A stretch of DNA of 41,991 nucleotides from a virus, in the IMG/VR virus record IMGVR_UViG_3300045988_086160, one strand, 5' to 3'. Below the pieces are notes generated by a model. The model saw only the letters and a program-made list of their open reading frames with translations, searched no databases and was not told the DNA's origin. The translations under genes and the position numbers were made by a program. Each line of letters begins with the position of its first letter. Positions within the stretch are counted from its first letter, which is position 1. This document shows positions 1 to 10,200 of the stretch, piece after piece.

Positions 1-119
1 CTAACATGGGAACGCTCAGTGGCGTAAACATTCAGAATCAGAGTGCAAACCCGCTTAACGAACTCGATTTTCAGGTTGCGGCAAGAATGCAGAAAATTGC
101 GGCGGATATTGAAGCAACC
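1..119. repeat. Terminal direct repeat copy 1 (identical to 41873-41991): circular-assembly overlap
   Basis: Read base by base, 1-119 equals 41873-41991. The repeat lies inside the capsid ORF and joins it in frame, so it is an assembly overlap rather than a physical genome end. Confidence 0.9.
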
Positions 120-722
120 TTTGTTGCGGGTGCTTACAGCAAGGCAACTACCGATGCAACCATAAACAAAACCCGTGGTCTTACCACAGCAATCACCACC
201 AACGTAACGGCAATGTCAAATAAGCCCCTCGGTCTTTGGGACGTTGCCGATATGGTGAAAAAGATTTACGGACAGAATGCACCGACTAACGGTCTTGTTC
301 TGTGGTGTGATGCAACCACCATGTTCCAGCTCAATGCCGATGCAGTACAGAACGGTCTTACCGTCGTTCCCGCCGCAAGGGAAGTTAACGGCATTCAGCT
401 TTCAAGCGTTGTAACCCCGCTCGGCGTTGTTTATCTGTATCTCGGCGAATACCTCCCTGCCGGGACTGCACTGTTGCTGAATCTTGACGTGATTGCGCCT
501 GTATTCCAGCCTGTACCCGGCAAGGGCAACTTCTTCCTCGAACAGCTTGCAAAGACAGGCGCAGGTGAAAAGTATCAGATTTTCGGGCAGGTCGGTCTCG
601 ACCATGGTCCGGAATGGTATCACGGCAAGTGGACTGGTATAGCAACCACCTTCACCAAGCCCGAATACAGCAGGACGGTTTACGTTGCAGGCGGCAACAT
701 CACCACCACTACGTCAGCTTAA
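6..722 (+). CDS. Major capsid protein, C-terminal part (continues from 41581-41991 across the circular junction; joined product 337 aa)
   Basis: The ATG at 6 is an internal Met: the frame is continuous with the stop-less ORF 41581-41991 through the overlap. The gene follows the scaffold gene and its size is typical of a capsid protein. Confidence 0.8.
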   Translation: MGTLSGVNIQNQSANPLNELDFQVAARMQKIAADIEATFVAGAYSKATTDATINKTRGLTTAITTNVTAMSNKPLGLWDVADMVKKIYGQNAPTNGLVLWCDATTMFQLNADAVQNGLTVVPAAREVNGIQLSSVVTPLGVVYLYLGEYLPAGTALLLNLDVIAPVFQPVPGKGNFFLEQLAKTGAGEKYQIFGQVGLDHGPEWYHGKWTGIATTFTKPEYSRTVYVAGGNITTTTSA

Positions 723-747
723 GTAATCTCAAGGCAGGAGGCAAGAT

Positions 748-1065
748 ATGATGGAACAGCACGAAAAGGAAGCAATGGTAAACGCATTATGCGGAGAAAC
801 TGACCCTAACCAGCTTTCCGCATACCTTGCCCTTGCCGCTGACAAAATACTGAACAAACGGTATCCGTTCGGACGGAAAGGGGACGAAGAAATCCCCGCA
901 AAGTATGAAACACTGCAATGTCAAATTGCGGCATATCTGCTTAACAAACGTGGCATGGAAGGACAGACAGGACACACCGAAAGCGCAACGACTATGCAGT
1001 TTGAGAGCGGAGATGTGCCTGATTCCATGCTTGACGCAGTAATACCGACAGCGAGGATTTTCTGA
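748..1065 (+). CDS. Head-tail connector / DNA-packaging protein (gp6-like)
   Basis: 105 aa with an AGGAGG RBS. The N-terminal pattern ...LSAYLALAADKILNKRYPF... resembles gp6-like connector proteins. Sits directly after the capsid gene. Confidence 0.6.
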   Translation: MMEQHEKEAMVNALCGETDPNQLSAYLALAADKILNKRYPFGRKGDEEIPAKYETLQCQIAAYLLNKRGMEGQTGHTESATTMQFESGDVPDSMLDAVIPTARIF

Positions 1066-1415
1066 TGAGACTTGCACAGCGTTTACAGCAGACGGTCTAC
1101 TACTCGATGTATTTAGGACGCAAGCCTGTTGCCGTTGACGGTCTTTACACAGGCGAGTACACCATCGAGTATGCTGACCCTGCACCTATCGGCGCAAGCG
1201 TAACCCCCGCAAAGGGCGGCACGGAAGCGGAAATGTTCGGCTTGAGCGAAGACTATGACAAAATAATCACAGTTGAGGGCGCAAACTGGGCATTCAACGA
1301 AGCAACACGGTTCTGGATTGACGCAAAGCCCACAGAACCCGCTGATTATGCCGTTGTGCGTGTTGCACAGTCGAAGAACCTTACTGCCGTTGCCGTACGA
1401 AAGGTGAAGCAGTGA
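1065..1415 (+). CDS. Head closure / head-tail adaptor protein (positional call)
   Basis: 116 aa. Its ATG overlaps the upstream TGA. Lies between the connector and tail genes. No motif recognised. Confidence 0.45.
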   Translation: MRLAQRLQQTVYYSMYLGRKPVAVDGLYTGEYTIEYADPAPIGASVTPAKGGTEAEMFGLSEDYDKIITVEGANWAFNEATRFWIDAKPTEPADYAVVRVAQSKNLTAVAVRKVKQ

Positions 1416-1933
1416 ACATACGGTTCGAATTAAGCAAAGATTCAATAAAAGCGGCGGTAAATGCCTTGAAAGCGTACCAAAAGCGTGTTGAAAAATACGA
1501 ACGTGATTTAAGGCTTGAGGTTGCACACAGGCTCGCCGAATACGCTCAACAGCTTGCCGATTCCGCAGAGTATGGTTCGGTTATCGACGACGAAGGCAAC
1601 GTGCATTCGCTTCCGTTCACTTTTGATGTTTCGGTTGCGGATGACGGAAGGTTTGTCGTTGCGCGCGGCGACGAGGTTGCGTTTATCGAGTTCGGCGCAG
1701 GTGTTTACTACAACGGAGCTGTCGGAACGTCACCACACCCGAAAGCAGGAAACCTTACAATCGGCTCATACGGCAAAGGAAAAGGCGCACAGGAAACATG
1801 GGCATACATGGATGAGAGCGGCGAGTTCGTTTACACTCACGGTACAATTGCGCAAATGCCAATGTACAAAGCTTTACTGTCTATCGCCCAACAAGTCCCT
1901 CGTATTGCAAAGGAGGTTGCGGAATCATTATGA
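1412..1933 (+). CDS. Neck / tail-joining protein (positional call)
   Basis: 173 aa. GTG start overlaps the upstream stop. Lies in the head-tail joining block. No motif recognised. Confidence 0.4.
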   Translation: MNIRFELSKDSIKAAVNALKAYQKRVEKYERDLRLEVAHRLAEYAQQLADSAEYGSVIDDEGNVHSLPFTFDVSVADDGRFVVARGDEVAFIEFGAGVYYNGAVGTSPHPKAGNLTIGSYGKGKGAQETWAYMDESGEFVYTHGTIAQMPMYKALLSIAQQVPRIAKEVAESL

Positions 1934-2337
1934 TTAACGTTGAATCATGGGTTTATACTCAGATATACAATGCAGTTACGGCAAAGTATCCCGATATATC
2001 TATCGCAGGGGAGTATGTGCCGTCACCCGCAACCTTCCCGCATGTTTCCGTTATTTGCGTTTACAACGTCCCCTACCGCAGAACAAGCACGCTTGAGGAC
2101 GTCGAGAATTGCGCTGAAACGGTTTTTACCGTTGACGTGTACTCTAACTCCACTGACGGCAAGAAAAGCCAATGCTGGGCAATTATGAGCGTTGTAGACG
2201 ATGCTATGAAGGCAATGAACTTTAGCCGTGCTGATTGTTCACCTCGAACCGTTCCGAATCTGGAAACCGACATTTACAGACTGAATGCACGTTACCGTGC
2301 AATAATATCAAACAAAAACGAAATCTTTAGGGGGTAA
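1930..2337 (+). CDS. Tail completion / tail terminator protein (positional call)
   Basis: 135 aa. Start overlaps the upstream stop (ATGA). Lies immediately upstream of the major tail gene. Confidence 0.4.
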   Translation: MINVESWVYTQIYNAVTAKYPDISIAGEYVPSPATFPHVSVICVYNVPYRRTSTLEDVENCAETVFTVDVYSNSTDGKKSQCWAIMSVVDDAMKAMNFSRADCSPRTVPNLETDIYRLNARYRAIISNKNEIFRG

Positions 2338-2342
2338 TTTAT

Positions 2343-2822
2343 ATGCCTATTGAATGTACCACTGTCGGCATGAAATTCGCTTATTGCGTTGAGACTACCG
2401 CAGGTACCAGACCCACCACAGGCTTTACCGTGCTTAACGGCATTGTGTCTGTAGGCGCAATCACTATAACTCAGAATCCTTTGCAGGTGGTTCTTCCTGC
2501 CGAAAAGAAATATCGCTACCTTAAGGGCAAGGACGATATAAGCGGCGAGGTTGACGTTGTTATGTACAACGAGGATTCATACCTGAAAGGCTGGGAAACC
2601 ATGCGCACCGCCGCTGAAACCGCAAGAGCAAGCGGAAAAAGCACATGGTTTGTATTTCTGCCCGACGGCAACCACAAAGCGTTTGCGTTCACCGCTTCGC
2701 CCGGCGTTCTCGGCTCAGGCGGTCTGTCCGACAACATGATTTACGAAGTCAACACTTCGCTGACCGTTGAAGACGTGGGCGGCTATGTCGAAAAGCCCAC
2801 AGTTAAAGCTAATTCCGACTAA
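2343..2822 (+). CDS. Major tail (tube) protein
   Basis: 159 aa, directly upstream of the chaperone pair and tape measure. Size and position are typical of a siphovirus tube protein. Confidence 0.65.
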   Translation: MPIECTTVGMKFAYCVETTAGTRPTTGFTVLNGIVSVGAITITQNPLQVVLPAEKKYRYLKGKDDISGEVDVVMYNEDSYLKGWETMRTAAETARASGKSTWFVFLPDGNHKAFAFTASPGVLGSGGLSDNMIYEVNTSLTVEDVGGYVEKPTVKANSD

Positions 2823-2838
2823 TCCGAGGTAATACAAC

Positions 2839-3192
2839 ATGGAAAACAAGACTAATCTTCCCAAAACTCTGTCCTTCACCTTTGAAGGCAGGGATTATAC
2901 GCTTGAGTTTACCGCTCGCACTTGCGAAGTCGCATACACCAAGTATGACCTTCGCATTGAAGACGGTGCTTCCGCTATTTTCAGGCTTCCCACACTGTTT
3001 AAGTGCGCATTGCTGAAAAACCATGCGGACATTTCGAATGCACTCGTTGAGCGTATGCTTGACGCACTCGGCAACAAAGCCGAACTTGCGGGCAAACTTG
3101 CTGAAATGTATCTTGCGCCCGCAATGTCGCTTGTTGAGGAAAGCAAGGACGAAGAAGAGGGAAACGGAATCAGCTGGAACGCAAGTTTCTAA
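2839..3192 (+). CDS. Tail assembly chaperone (gpG-like)
   Basis: 117 aa, acidic C-terminus, between the major tail and tape measure genes. Contains a slippery heptamer near its 3' end. Confidence 0.75.
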   Translation: MENKTNLPKTLSFTFEGRDYTLEFTARTCEVAYTKYDLRIEDGASAIFRLPTLFKCALLKNHADISNALVERMLDALGNKAELAGKLAEMYLAPAMSLVEESKDEEEGNGISWNASF

Positions 3193-3638
3193 GTTTTTCC
3201 GAATCTGACACAGACGGGGGTGAAAAAACCGTCCCATGGAACATACAACTTGTTCGTGAAACTTTTCCGTATCTTCTCTCTATCGGAATGACGGCGGAGC
3301 AGTACTGGGATGGCGATTTTACCCTCGTTTTATCATATTTGGAAGGACATAAGCTTGCACTCCAGCGTAAATACGAAAATGACAACTGGAACGCATGGCT
3401 GCAAGGTCGGTACACCTATGAGGCACTGGGTGTTGCGCTGTCAGGAATCTTCTCCAAGCATAGCAGCGCAAAATATCCCGACAAACCTTATGAAATGCAA
3501 AACGATGAACGCAAAGAAAAACGCAAGCCCAAGCCTAAAGATAAAACCGAGTTTTACAAAAGCTGGGATGAACTTGCAGAGCAATACGAAGGAAAGGAGG
3601 ACATGTCTTGTCTGTATCGATTGATGAACTTATCATAG
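2839..3638 (+). CDS. Tail assembly chaperone fusion (gpGT-like), made by a -1 frameshift at 3159-3165
   Basis: The -1 frame ORF (3138-3638, listed in the track from ATG 3288) overlaps the 3' end of gpG and ends inside the tape-measure start region. No RBS precedes ATG 3288. Confidence 0.65.
3159..3165 (+). other. Programmed -1 frameshift slippery heptamer G GGA AAC
   Basis: GGGAAAC is in X XXY YYZ phase with the gpG frame. I traced the -1 frame codon by codon and it is open from 3138 to 3638. Same type of site as the lambda G/GT GGGAAAG. Confidence 0.7.
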
Positions 3639-6600
3639 GCATAGATTCTGACGCTTCGAAAGCGTTACAAGGCTTAAAATCGATGGCGGATACGCTCAAT
3701 CAGGTATCCGCACCGACTGAAACGGCGGTTAAATCGCTGAAAAAGCTAAAGAAAGTGCTTGAAGCGATAAACGGATTAAGCGTTAACGTCAAAGGGCTTT
3801 CTGAGCTTACGAACGCACTCAAAGAAATGTCGGGGTTTGATATTTCAAACCTTAAAAAACTTCCGAATGCGTTGAAAAAGCTGTCCGAGGTTGACATTGC
3901 TTCACTTGTTCCGCAAATCCAGGCACTTGCAGACGCTATGAAACCGCTGTCGCAAGTCATGAAAGACATTGCGGCGGGGTATGCGGCACTGCCGAAAAAC
4001 ATTCGGGCTTACGTTAATGCGGCAAACAGTGCGCAATCAGCAACACAGAAGAAACTGCTCACGTTTGCGCAATTGTACATTAAACTGCGTTTGATTTTTA
4101 ACGTATTCCGAACTGCCGTAAACGCCGTCTCGGAGTGGGTTGACGCTGCAAACACATACATTGAGGATATGAACCTGTTCAGTGTCGCAATGGGCAAGTA
4201 TGCTGAATCAGCCCGCAACTATGCGCAAGAAGTAGCAAACGTGATGGGCATTGACCCAGGCTCATGGATGAGGTATCAGGGCGTATTCCAAACGCTTGCA
4301 ACAGGCTTTGGTGTTGCGGGCGACCGTGCCGCTGTAATGAGCCAACAGCTCACACAATTGGGCTACGACATATCCTCGTTCTACAACATCGACGTTCAAG
4401 ATGCAATGCTGAAACTGCAAAGCGGCTTGAGTGGTGAACTTGAACCGTTGCGCCGTATAGGTTACGACCTGTCGCAAGCAAGGCTTGAAGCAGAGGCACT
4501 GTCACTGGGTATTGAAAAGAATTTTAGCGATATGACGCAAGCTGAAAAGGCATACTTGCGTTATTACGCTATTCTTACTCAGGTTACTCAAGCACAGGGC
4601 GATATGTCACGCACACTTGACGCTCCGTCAAATCAGCTCCGAATACTGAAAGAGCAAGCGGCACAGGCGGCTCGTGCGCTCGGCGAAATCTTCATTCCCG
4701 CATTGAACGCAATTCTGCCATATGCAATTGCTGTTATGCACGTTATTCGCGACCTTGCTTCCGAAATTGCGGCGGCTTTCGGGTTCGAAATGCCCAAGGT
4801 TGATTACTCCGACCTATCAACATCGGTTAACATAACGGACAATTTGTCAAGCGGAATGGAAGACGTTGCGGACGGAATCGACCATGCAAACACATCGGCA
4901 AAGAAATTCTCCCGCACACTTGCAGGGTTCGACCAATTAAACATTGTCGGCAGTGTGTCAGGCGGCGGAGCTGGCGGCGGCGGTGCAAACATCGACACTT
5001 CCGGCGGCGGGTTCGACTGGAATAAGTTGCCGCTTCCGACCTATGATTTTATCGGCGATTCTATATCCGAAAGGGTTGCGGCGATTGAAGAGAAAATCAA
5101 GGGCGCAATTCCGACAATCAAGTTTTTCGGAGCGTTGCTTGCAGGCGCACTTGCTACTGTCGGCATAATCAAGCTAATCAGTAAATTCAAAGAATTTGTC
5201 AAACTGCTTAAGACTTCCGCAACGGCGGCAAAAACGCTTAAGACGGCTCTCGGCATCGGGTTGATGGTTACAGGTCTAACGATGGCTTTTGAAGGCGCAA
5301 GGAAAATAGGCGCAGGCGAAGCCGAATTGAAGGACTACATCGAAACCGCTATCGGTTCGGCACTCGGAATTGCGGGCAGTCTGCTCATTTTCGGTACTGG
5401 ACCCGTCGGCTGGACAATCGGCATCCTTGCGGCACTCACCGTTGTTATAGCAGGTATTGCGATAGGCGCAAAAGAGAAGCTTGACAAACAGGTTGCCGAA
5501 TGGTTCTTCACGGCGGGCGATAACACAATTTCGGTTGATATGCTTGCCGACAGCTTCGATGAAGCACTTGCAAATATCAACGGCGTGAACGGCGCACTTG
5601 ACAGCGGCATTAAAAAATACAAAGAGTACTCCGATAACGTTGACGCAACCCGAACCGAACTTGAGAACCTTATAGGCGACTTGCAGGTTATTTCACCCGA
5701 TGACCCCGAAGTCTCAACCCTTGTTGACAACATCATTGCAAAGTTCAACGAACTGCTTGATTACAGCCGCCTTGAACTAAAAGAAATCGGCATGAACATC
5801 AAACGTTCGCTTGCAGGCTCAATGGGCGAAGTCGTTGCGGCAATGGGCGGTGACGTTGCAACCTACATGGCACTTGTTGACGAAATGGTCAACGGCGGTG
5901 TGGAATCGTTCGATGACATCACGAAGCAAATCAAAGAGCTGAGTGTACAGTACAAAGCAGGAACAATCAGCCTTGATGAGTTCTCGCAACAGTCTTCCGC
6001 ATTGTACAGCAAACTGCAAACGCTTGTGGGCGATGGCAGCGGCAAGATACTGAACCCGCTTTCCTCCGCCGAAGCTTTGTATGGCAGTATAGACTGGGAA
6101 AGCCAAGAAGGAATCACAGGCTTTTTCGAGCATATTACCGAATCCATCGGTGAATCCAAAGCACTTGCGGAGCAGGAGCTTAAGGATTACAATGCAATGC
6201 TTAACGACCTCATGCCTTTCGCAAGCACACCTGAACAGGTTAATGCTATTGCGGGGCTTAGAGCGGCGGCGAACGAAGCTTATCACGACAGGCTCACACA
6301 GATAGGCAAGGAAGTCACAGGCTTAGGTGCGTTCATTGAAAAGGACATAATCCAAAAGTTCCAAGAAAAAATCACTGACGCATGGCTTCATCCCCCTAAA
6401 GGAGAAACCAATGTTTCCTGGGTAAAAAAACAAGCCGAAAGTTTCAAGGAACAATTTGGAGAACCCTTCCTCGAACAACTCCGAGAATTGTATGGTGATG
6501 ATTCGTACAAGTTGTCATTCTTTGAGGATATATTCAACTTTAACTTCACCACCGCAAGCATAAAAGCAGGGGCGGCGGCGAAAGGCGGGGATTTTCCTGC

Positions 6601-7339
6601 ATGGTTCACTGAAACGTTCATTACCCCTGCGCTGTCAAGAGCAGAGCAACGTGTTGAAGAATGGCGAAACGGTGATTTTATCGATGCGCTTGCAGCGGCG
6701 GATGAAGCGGGCGCAATTGAGTTCAACGAGTTATTCAATGAACATTACATCAACCCTGCACTCACCAACGCCACAGAGCGTGTACAACGTTGGAAACGCA
6801 AGGATTTCCGTGACGAAATTGCAAGCATTGATGAGTTTGTCGCAGGAGACGCAAGAGCGGCGGGAACAACCATAGGTACAGAAGTTGCCAATGGTTTGTC
6901 GAGCGGGCTTGAAACGGCAACAGAAGCGTTTAACAAGTGGTTCAACAAACTCAGCCCAAGGTTGAAATACATCATGGGTAAAGTTTGGGGCGAAGGCGGT
7001 AACTTTGCATTGCCGGGCATGAATGTTCCTGCATACGCAAACGGCGGTTTCGTGCCAAGGGGCGACCTTTTCATTGCTAATGAAAGCTCACCCGAATTTG
7101 TCGGCAACATCGGTAACCGCACGGCTGTCGCAAACAACAATCAAATCGTACAGGGCATTGCAAGCGGCGTACAACACGCAAATGCCGAACAGAACATGCT
7201 GCTAAGGGAAGTGCGTGATTACCTCCGTGCTTTGCTGAATGCTCAAGGTGACAATACTGTTGTATTTGCGCCTTCCGTTGAGGCTGGGCGAGTGGTTGCA
7301 CGTTCACTGAAAATGTACGAGCAAACGAAAGGATATTAA
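3608..7339 (+). CDS. Tape measure protein
   Basis: 1243 aa, the largest ORF. Helical and repeat-rich, with central hydrophobic segments and a Gly-rich stretch. TTG start 7 nt after AAGGAGG. Canonical position. Confidence 0.9.
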   Translation: MSVSIDELIIGIDSDASKALQGLKSMADTLNQVSAPTETAVKSLKKLKKVLEAINGLSVNVKGLSELTNALKEMSGFDISNLKKLPNALKKLSEVDIASLVPQIQALADAMKPLSQVMKDIAAGYAALPKNIRAYVNAANSAQSATQKKLLTFAQLYIKLRLIFNVFRTAVNAVSEWVDAANTYIEDMNLFSVAMGKYAESARNYAQEVANVMGIDPGSWMRYQGVFQTLATGFGVAGDRAAVMSQQLTQLGYDISSFYNIDVQDAMLKLQSGLSGELEPLRRIGYDLSQARLEAEALSLGIEKNFSDMTQAEKAYLRYYAILTQVTQAQGDMSRTLDAPSNQLRILKEQAAQAARALGEIFIPALNAILPYAIAVMHVIRDLASEIAAAFGFEMPKVDYSDLSTSVNITDNLSSGMEDVADGIDHANTSAKKFSRTLAGFDQLNIVGSVSGGGAGGGGANIDTSGGGFDWNKLPLPTYDFIGDSISERVAAIEEKIKGAIPTIKFFGALLAGALATVGIIKLISKFKEFVKLLKTSATAAKTLKTALGIGLMVTGLTMAFEGARKIGAGEAELKDYIETAIGSALGIAGSLLIFGTGPVGWTIGILAALTVVIAGIAIGAKEKLDKQVAEWFFTAGDNTISVDMLADSFDEALANINGVNGALDSGIKKYKEYSDNVDATRTELENLIGDLQVISPDDPEVSTLVDNIIAKFNELLDYSRLELKEIGMNIKRSLAGSMGEVVAAMGGDVATYMALVDEMVNGGVESFDDITKQIKELSVQYKAGTISLDEFSQQSSALYSKLQTLVGDGSGKILNPLSSAEALYGSIDWESQEGITGFFEHITESIGESKALAEQELKDYNAMLNDLMPFASTPEQVNAIAGLRAAANEAYHDRLTQIGKEVTGLGAFIEKDIIQKFQEKITDAWLHPPKGETNVSWVKKQAESFKEQFGEPFLEQLRELYGDDSYKLSFFEDIFNFNFTTASIKAGAAAKGGDFPAWFTETFITPALSRAEQRVEEWRNGDFIDALAAADEAGAIEFNELFNEHYINPALTNATERVQRWKRKDFRDEIASIDEFVAGDARAAGTTIGTEVANGLSSGLETATEAFNKWFNKLSPRLKYIMGKVWGEGGNFALPGMNVPAYANGGFVPRGDLFIANESSPEFVGNIGNRTAVANNNQIVQGIASGVQHANAEQNMLLREVRDYLRALLNAQGDNTVVFAPSVEAGRVVARSLKMYEQTKGY

Positions 7340-7340
7340 C

Positions 7341-7745
7341 ATGCCAAGGCTTGATGATTTGTATGAAAATTACAGCATGGGCTTCGAAGTGGATGGGGTT
7401 CCGATTCCGAACCCCTCCGCTCACGGCGGCTCAATTAATGAACTTGACAGCGGAGCGGCGAATGTCGGACGTGACTTGACAGGAACAATGCACAGAGCGT
7501 ACATTGCCACTAAAACCCCGTTTTGGCTTGAGTATTCCTACATTCTCTTTCCGAAAGCTCACGAAATAATCGCACTTTGCAGTAAACCAAGCTTTACAGT
7601 GCGATATAAAAGCTTGCTGACGGGGAAATTTGACGAAATTGTGGCATATAAAGGCGCAAATTTGACATATACCGTTCCCGACTGTTTGGACGGAGACTGG
7701 GACAGTGCCAAAGTCTCTTTCAAAATCGAATTTATTGAGTATTAG
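7341..7745 (+). CDS. Distal tail protein (positional call)
   Basis: 134 aa, starts 2 nt after the tape measure stop. Confidence 0.5.
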   Translation: MPRLDDLYENYSMGFEVDGVPIPNPSAHGGSINELDSGAANVGRDLTGTMHRAYIATKTPFWLEYSYILFPKAHEIIALCSKPSFTVRYKSLLTGKFDEIVAYKGANLTYTVPDCLDGDWDSAKVSFKIEFIEY

Positions 7746-7753
7746 GAGCAATC

Positions 7754-9343
7754 ATGATTACAGCGACTAACCAATTCCATGAAGCAATTCGGCAAAGAAA
7801 CCCTCGGGAACGTATCTTGTGCCTGTGCTCAAACCCGCTTTACGGTGAAGTGCCGTCACTTGTCTCCACAATGATGGCATGGACGGACGAAGACATTTCG
7901 GCGCAAGGCGTGAACATCACCGAAACAATGTGCGCTGACGATGAACTGCACATTGGCGAAACAAACTCCGCAACGATAAGCCTTACGTTAATCAACCGTG
8001 ACCAATTGTTAACCAACGACATGGTCAGCGGTGCGTACTCAAACGACTGTACCGTGTACATGGGCGTTGAAACGCTCTCACGCAACGTACAGCCGCCTCA
8101 GGATGCGTTATGCTATGCTTATATGGGTTACACTCCGTTCACGACAGGAACGCTTATAGAGGGCTACAGCACTGCTCCGTATTTGCGCATAGAGGGCGAA
8201 GGTGCGCCTTTACAGCCTCCGTTTGCCGTGCATTCGGTTTTCATCGATGAAGACTACACCGACACAGGCGCAAAGATAACGTGCATCGGCGCAAATGAAG
8301 GCGAAGTGTGGGCTTGCAAATGGGACTACGGTTCATCATGGGCGCAAATGGGACTGTTTACATGGGGCGAACTGTCTTCTCAAACATGGGGAAGCTTCAA
8401 CGGCACGTTTGCGGGCTGGGAAGGATTATCCCTCAGCACGTTCATGGGCAAAAAGCTTCAACGTATTGCGCTGAAACATCTCAGCTTTGCACGGCGGGGA
8501 ACAACGCTGATTGAGTACAACATGCGTGGCACGGCTTCACATTACGAATACCGTTCGTGCGGTGTATTCCGTTTCGACAGACCGAGACTGTTGAATGCCG
8601 AAACAATCAAACTCAACAGTTTTGATAAGCTTGAAAAAAGTGACAAAAAGGTGTATAATTTCCTTGAAGGGCTGACTTATCCGCTCACGCTGGGTTCACT
8701 GTACACACAGCTTTGTGCCGAAGTCGGATTAACCCCTGCCCAAACGGCATTCACGAACTCAACATATTCCATTTCAGCTAAACCCGAATGGCACGAGGAT
8801 ATAACCTCAAACGAGGTTTTCCATGACATTGCCGAACTTGCGTGTGCGAACGTGCGCATGACCCGTGACGGTAAACTGTCTCTCGGGTGGTTCACGGCGC
8901 AGAATTACGCTTTGCCGCAGACTATGCTTTTTTCGACAGAGATATACGATTTTGTGGTGAAAAGAATTGATAAACTCGTTGTTGAGTTCGACCGTGAAAG
9001 CACAGGCACTACTGCAAAGGGCATTGAAAGGGTAACGTTGACTGTCGGAACAGGCAATAACGCTTATTATATCCGCAACAACCCGCTGATTATGGGGACG
9101 GACACTGTTGTTAAGAGAATGATGAATGCTATCCTTTCAAAGCTTAAGTCTTTTGCGGAGTACAATCCTGCAATAATAACGGCGGTTTCCGACTGGACGG
9201 TTGAAGCGGGAGACATAATAGACGTACAAGCACACGGAAAAAACTTTTCGTTGCCGATTTTCAGGCAAACGATAACCTACGGCGGCATTGCCGTTGCGAC
9301 TTACTCAAACGATGGTGAAGAAAACAGAAAGGCGACAGACTAA
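7754..9343 (+). CDS. Tail-tip / baseplate hub protein (Tal-like, positional call)
   Basis: 529 aa, second gene after the tape measure. Confidence 0.55.
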   Translation: MITATNQFHEAIRQRNPRERILCLCSNPLYGEVPSLVSTMMAWTDEDISAQGVNITETMCADDELHIGETNSATISLTLINRDQLLTNDMVSGAYSNDCTVYMGVETLSRNVQPPQDALCYAYMGYTPFTTGTLIEGYSTAPYLRIEGEGAPLQPPFAVHSVFIDEDYTDTGAKITCIGANEGEVWACKWDYGSSWAQMGLFTWGELSSQTWGSFNGTFAGWEGLSLSTFMGKKLQRIALKHLSFARRGTTLIEYNMRGTASHYEYRSCGVFRFDRPRLLNAETIKLNSFDKLEKSDKKVYNFLEGLTYPLTLGSLYTQLCAEVGLTPAQTAFTNSTYSISAKPEWHEDITSNEVFHDIAELACANVRMTRDGKLSLGWFTAQNYALPQTMLFSTEIYDFVVKRIDKLVVEFDRESTGTTAKGIERVTLTVGTGNNAYYIRNNPLIMGTDTVVKRMMNAILSKLKSFAEYNPAIITAVSDWTVEAGDIIDVQAHGKNFSLPIFRQTITYGGIAVATYSNDGEENRKATD

Positions 9344-10191
9344 TGGCTACTACCACTCCTAATCACGGCTTCAAAAAGCCCGCTGCAACCGACAATGTAA
9401 ACATTGCGGTGCTGAACTCAAACATGGATAAGCTTGACACCCTGTTTGACGCAAAAGAGATAACCATGCTCAACTATGCGCTTGCGGCGAAGCAGGCGGC
9501 TATAAGCCCATCGGACACGGTTAATTCGGCAATCGGCAAGCTTGAAAAAAGGCTTACAACCGTGGAAGCAGACACGGGCAACCCCGAAGCACTTTCCGCT
9601 TCAAACATTGCGGCGGACTACACCGCAAACTTGATTGCTCCTGCCGACATAACCGAGAGCGATACTATCTTGAAAGTGCTGCAAAAGCTTATGGCGTATA
9701 TACGATTCTGGACTGTCCGCCGCATTGCGGTTATTGATGGTAAAAATGGCAAGACGCTTACGGCATACAACTTCAACGATGCTGTAACGGCGACCGTATC
9801 CATACCAACAAAGTTGTCCGATTTAACCGTAACCGAACCCCTTTCAATTGCAAACGGCGGTACTGGTGCGGCAACCGCTAATGTTGCCGCAAGTGCGCTT
9901 GGAACGTGTTATGCAACTTGCGATGCTGCGGCAAGGATTGTGGCTAAAACTGCAACCCTGTCAGGCAAAAACACACCGTACAACCGTTTTGCGGGTTCTG
10001 TTGCGCATGTGCTTTTTGTAAACGGCAACACGGCGGCAAACCCCACTCTTGATGTGGCTGGCACAGGGGCGGCGGCAATTATCAACTGTCACACAAATGC
10101 GGCTGTATCGGCAACGGATATAGGCACAAACATGACGGCGCATTTGGTGTTCAACGGCTCAAGCTGGGTTCTTATGAATCCTGCATCTTAA
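9343..10191 (+). CDS. Tail fibre / receptor-binding protein candidate
   Basis: 282 aa. The N-terminus MATTTPNHGFKKPAATDNVNIAVLNSNMDKLD is typical of Gram-positive phage fibre proteins. The C-terminus is rich in Ala, Thr and Gly. Confidence 0.5.
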   Translation: MATTTPNHGFKKPAATDNVNIAVLNSNMDKLDTLFDAKEITMLNYALAAKQAAISPSDTVNSAIGKLEKRLTTVEADTGNPEALSASNIAADYTANLIAPADITESDTILKVLQKLMAYIRFWTVRRIAVIDGKNGKTLTAYNFNDAVTATVSIPTKLSDLTVTEPLSIANGGTGAATANVAASALGTCYATCDAAARIVAKTATLSGKNTPYNRFAGSVAHVLFVNGNTAANPTLDVAGTGAAAIINCHTNAAVSATDIGTNMTAHLVFNGSSWVLMNPAS

Positions 10192-10200
10192 GGAGGAAAC

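Noticed and set aside
1-119. Terminal direct repeat as a biological DTR or cos end
   Set aside because: The repeat cuts through the middle of the major capsid ORF and restores it in frame. This is what a circularised or permuted assembly overlap looks like, not a physical terminus.
3288-3638. Independent 116-aa gene starting at ATG 3288
   Set aside because: No RBS. The frame is open upstream to 3138 and is -1 to gpG, with a GGGAAAC slippery site. It is better explained as the T part of a G/GT fusion.
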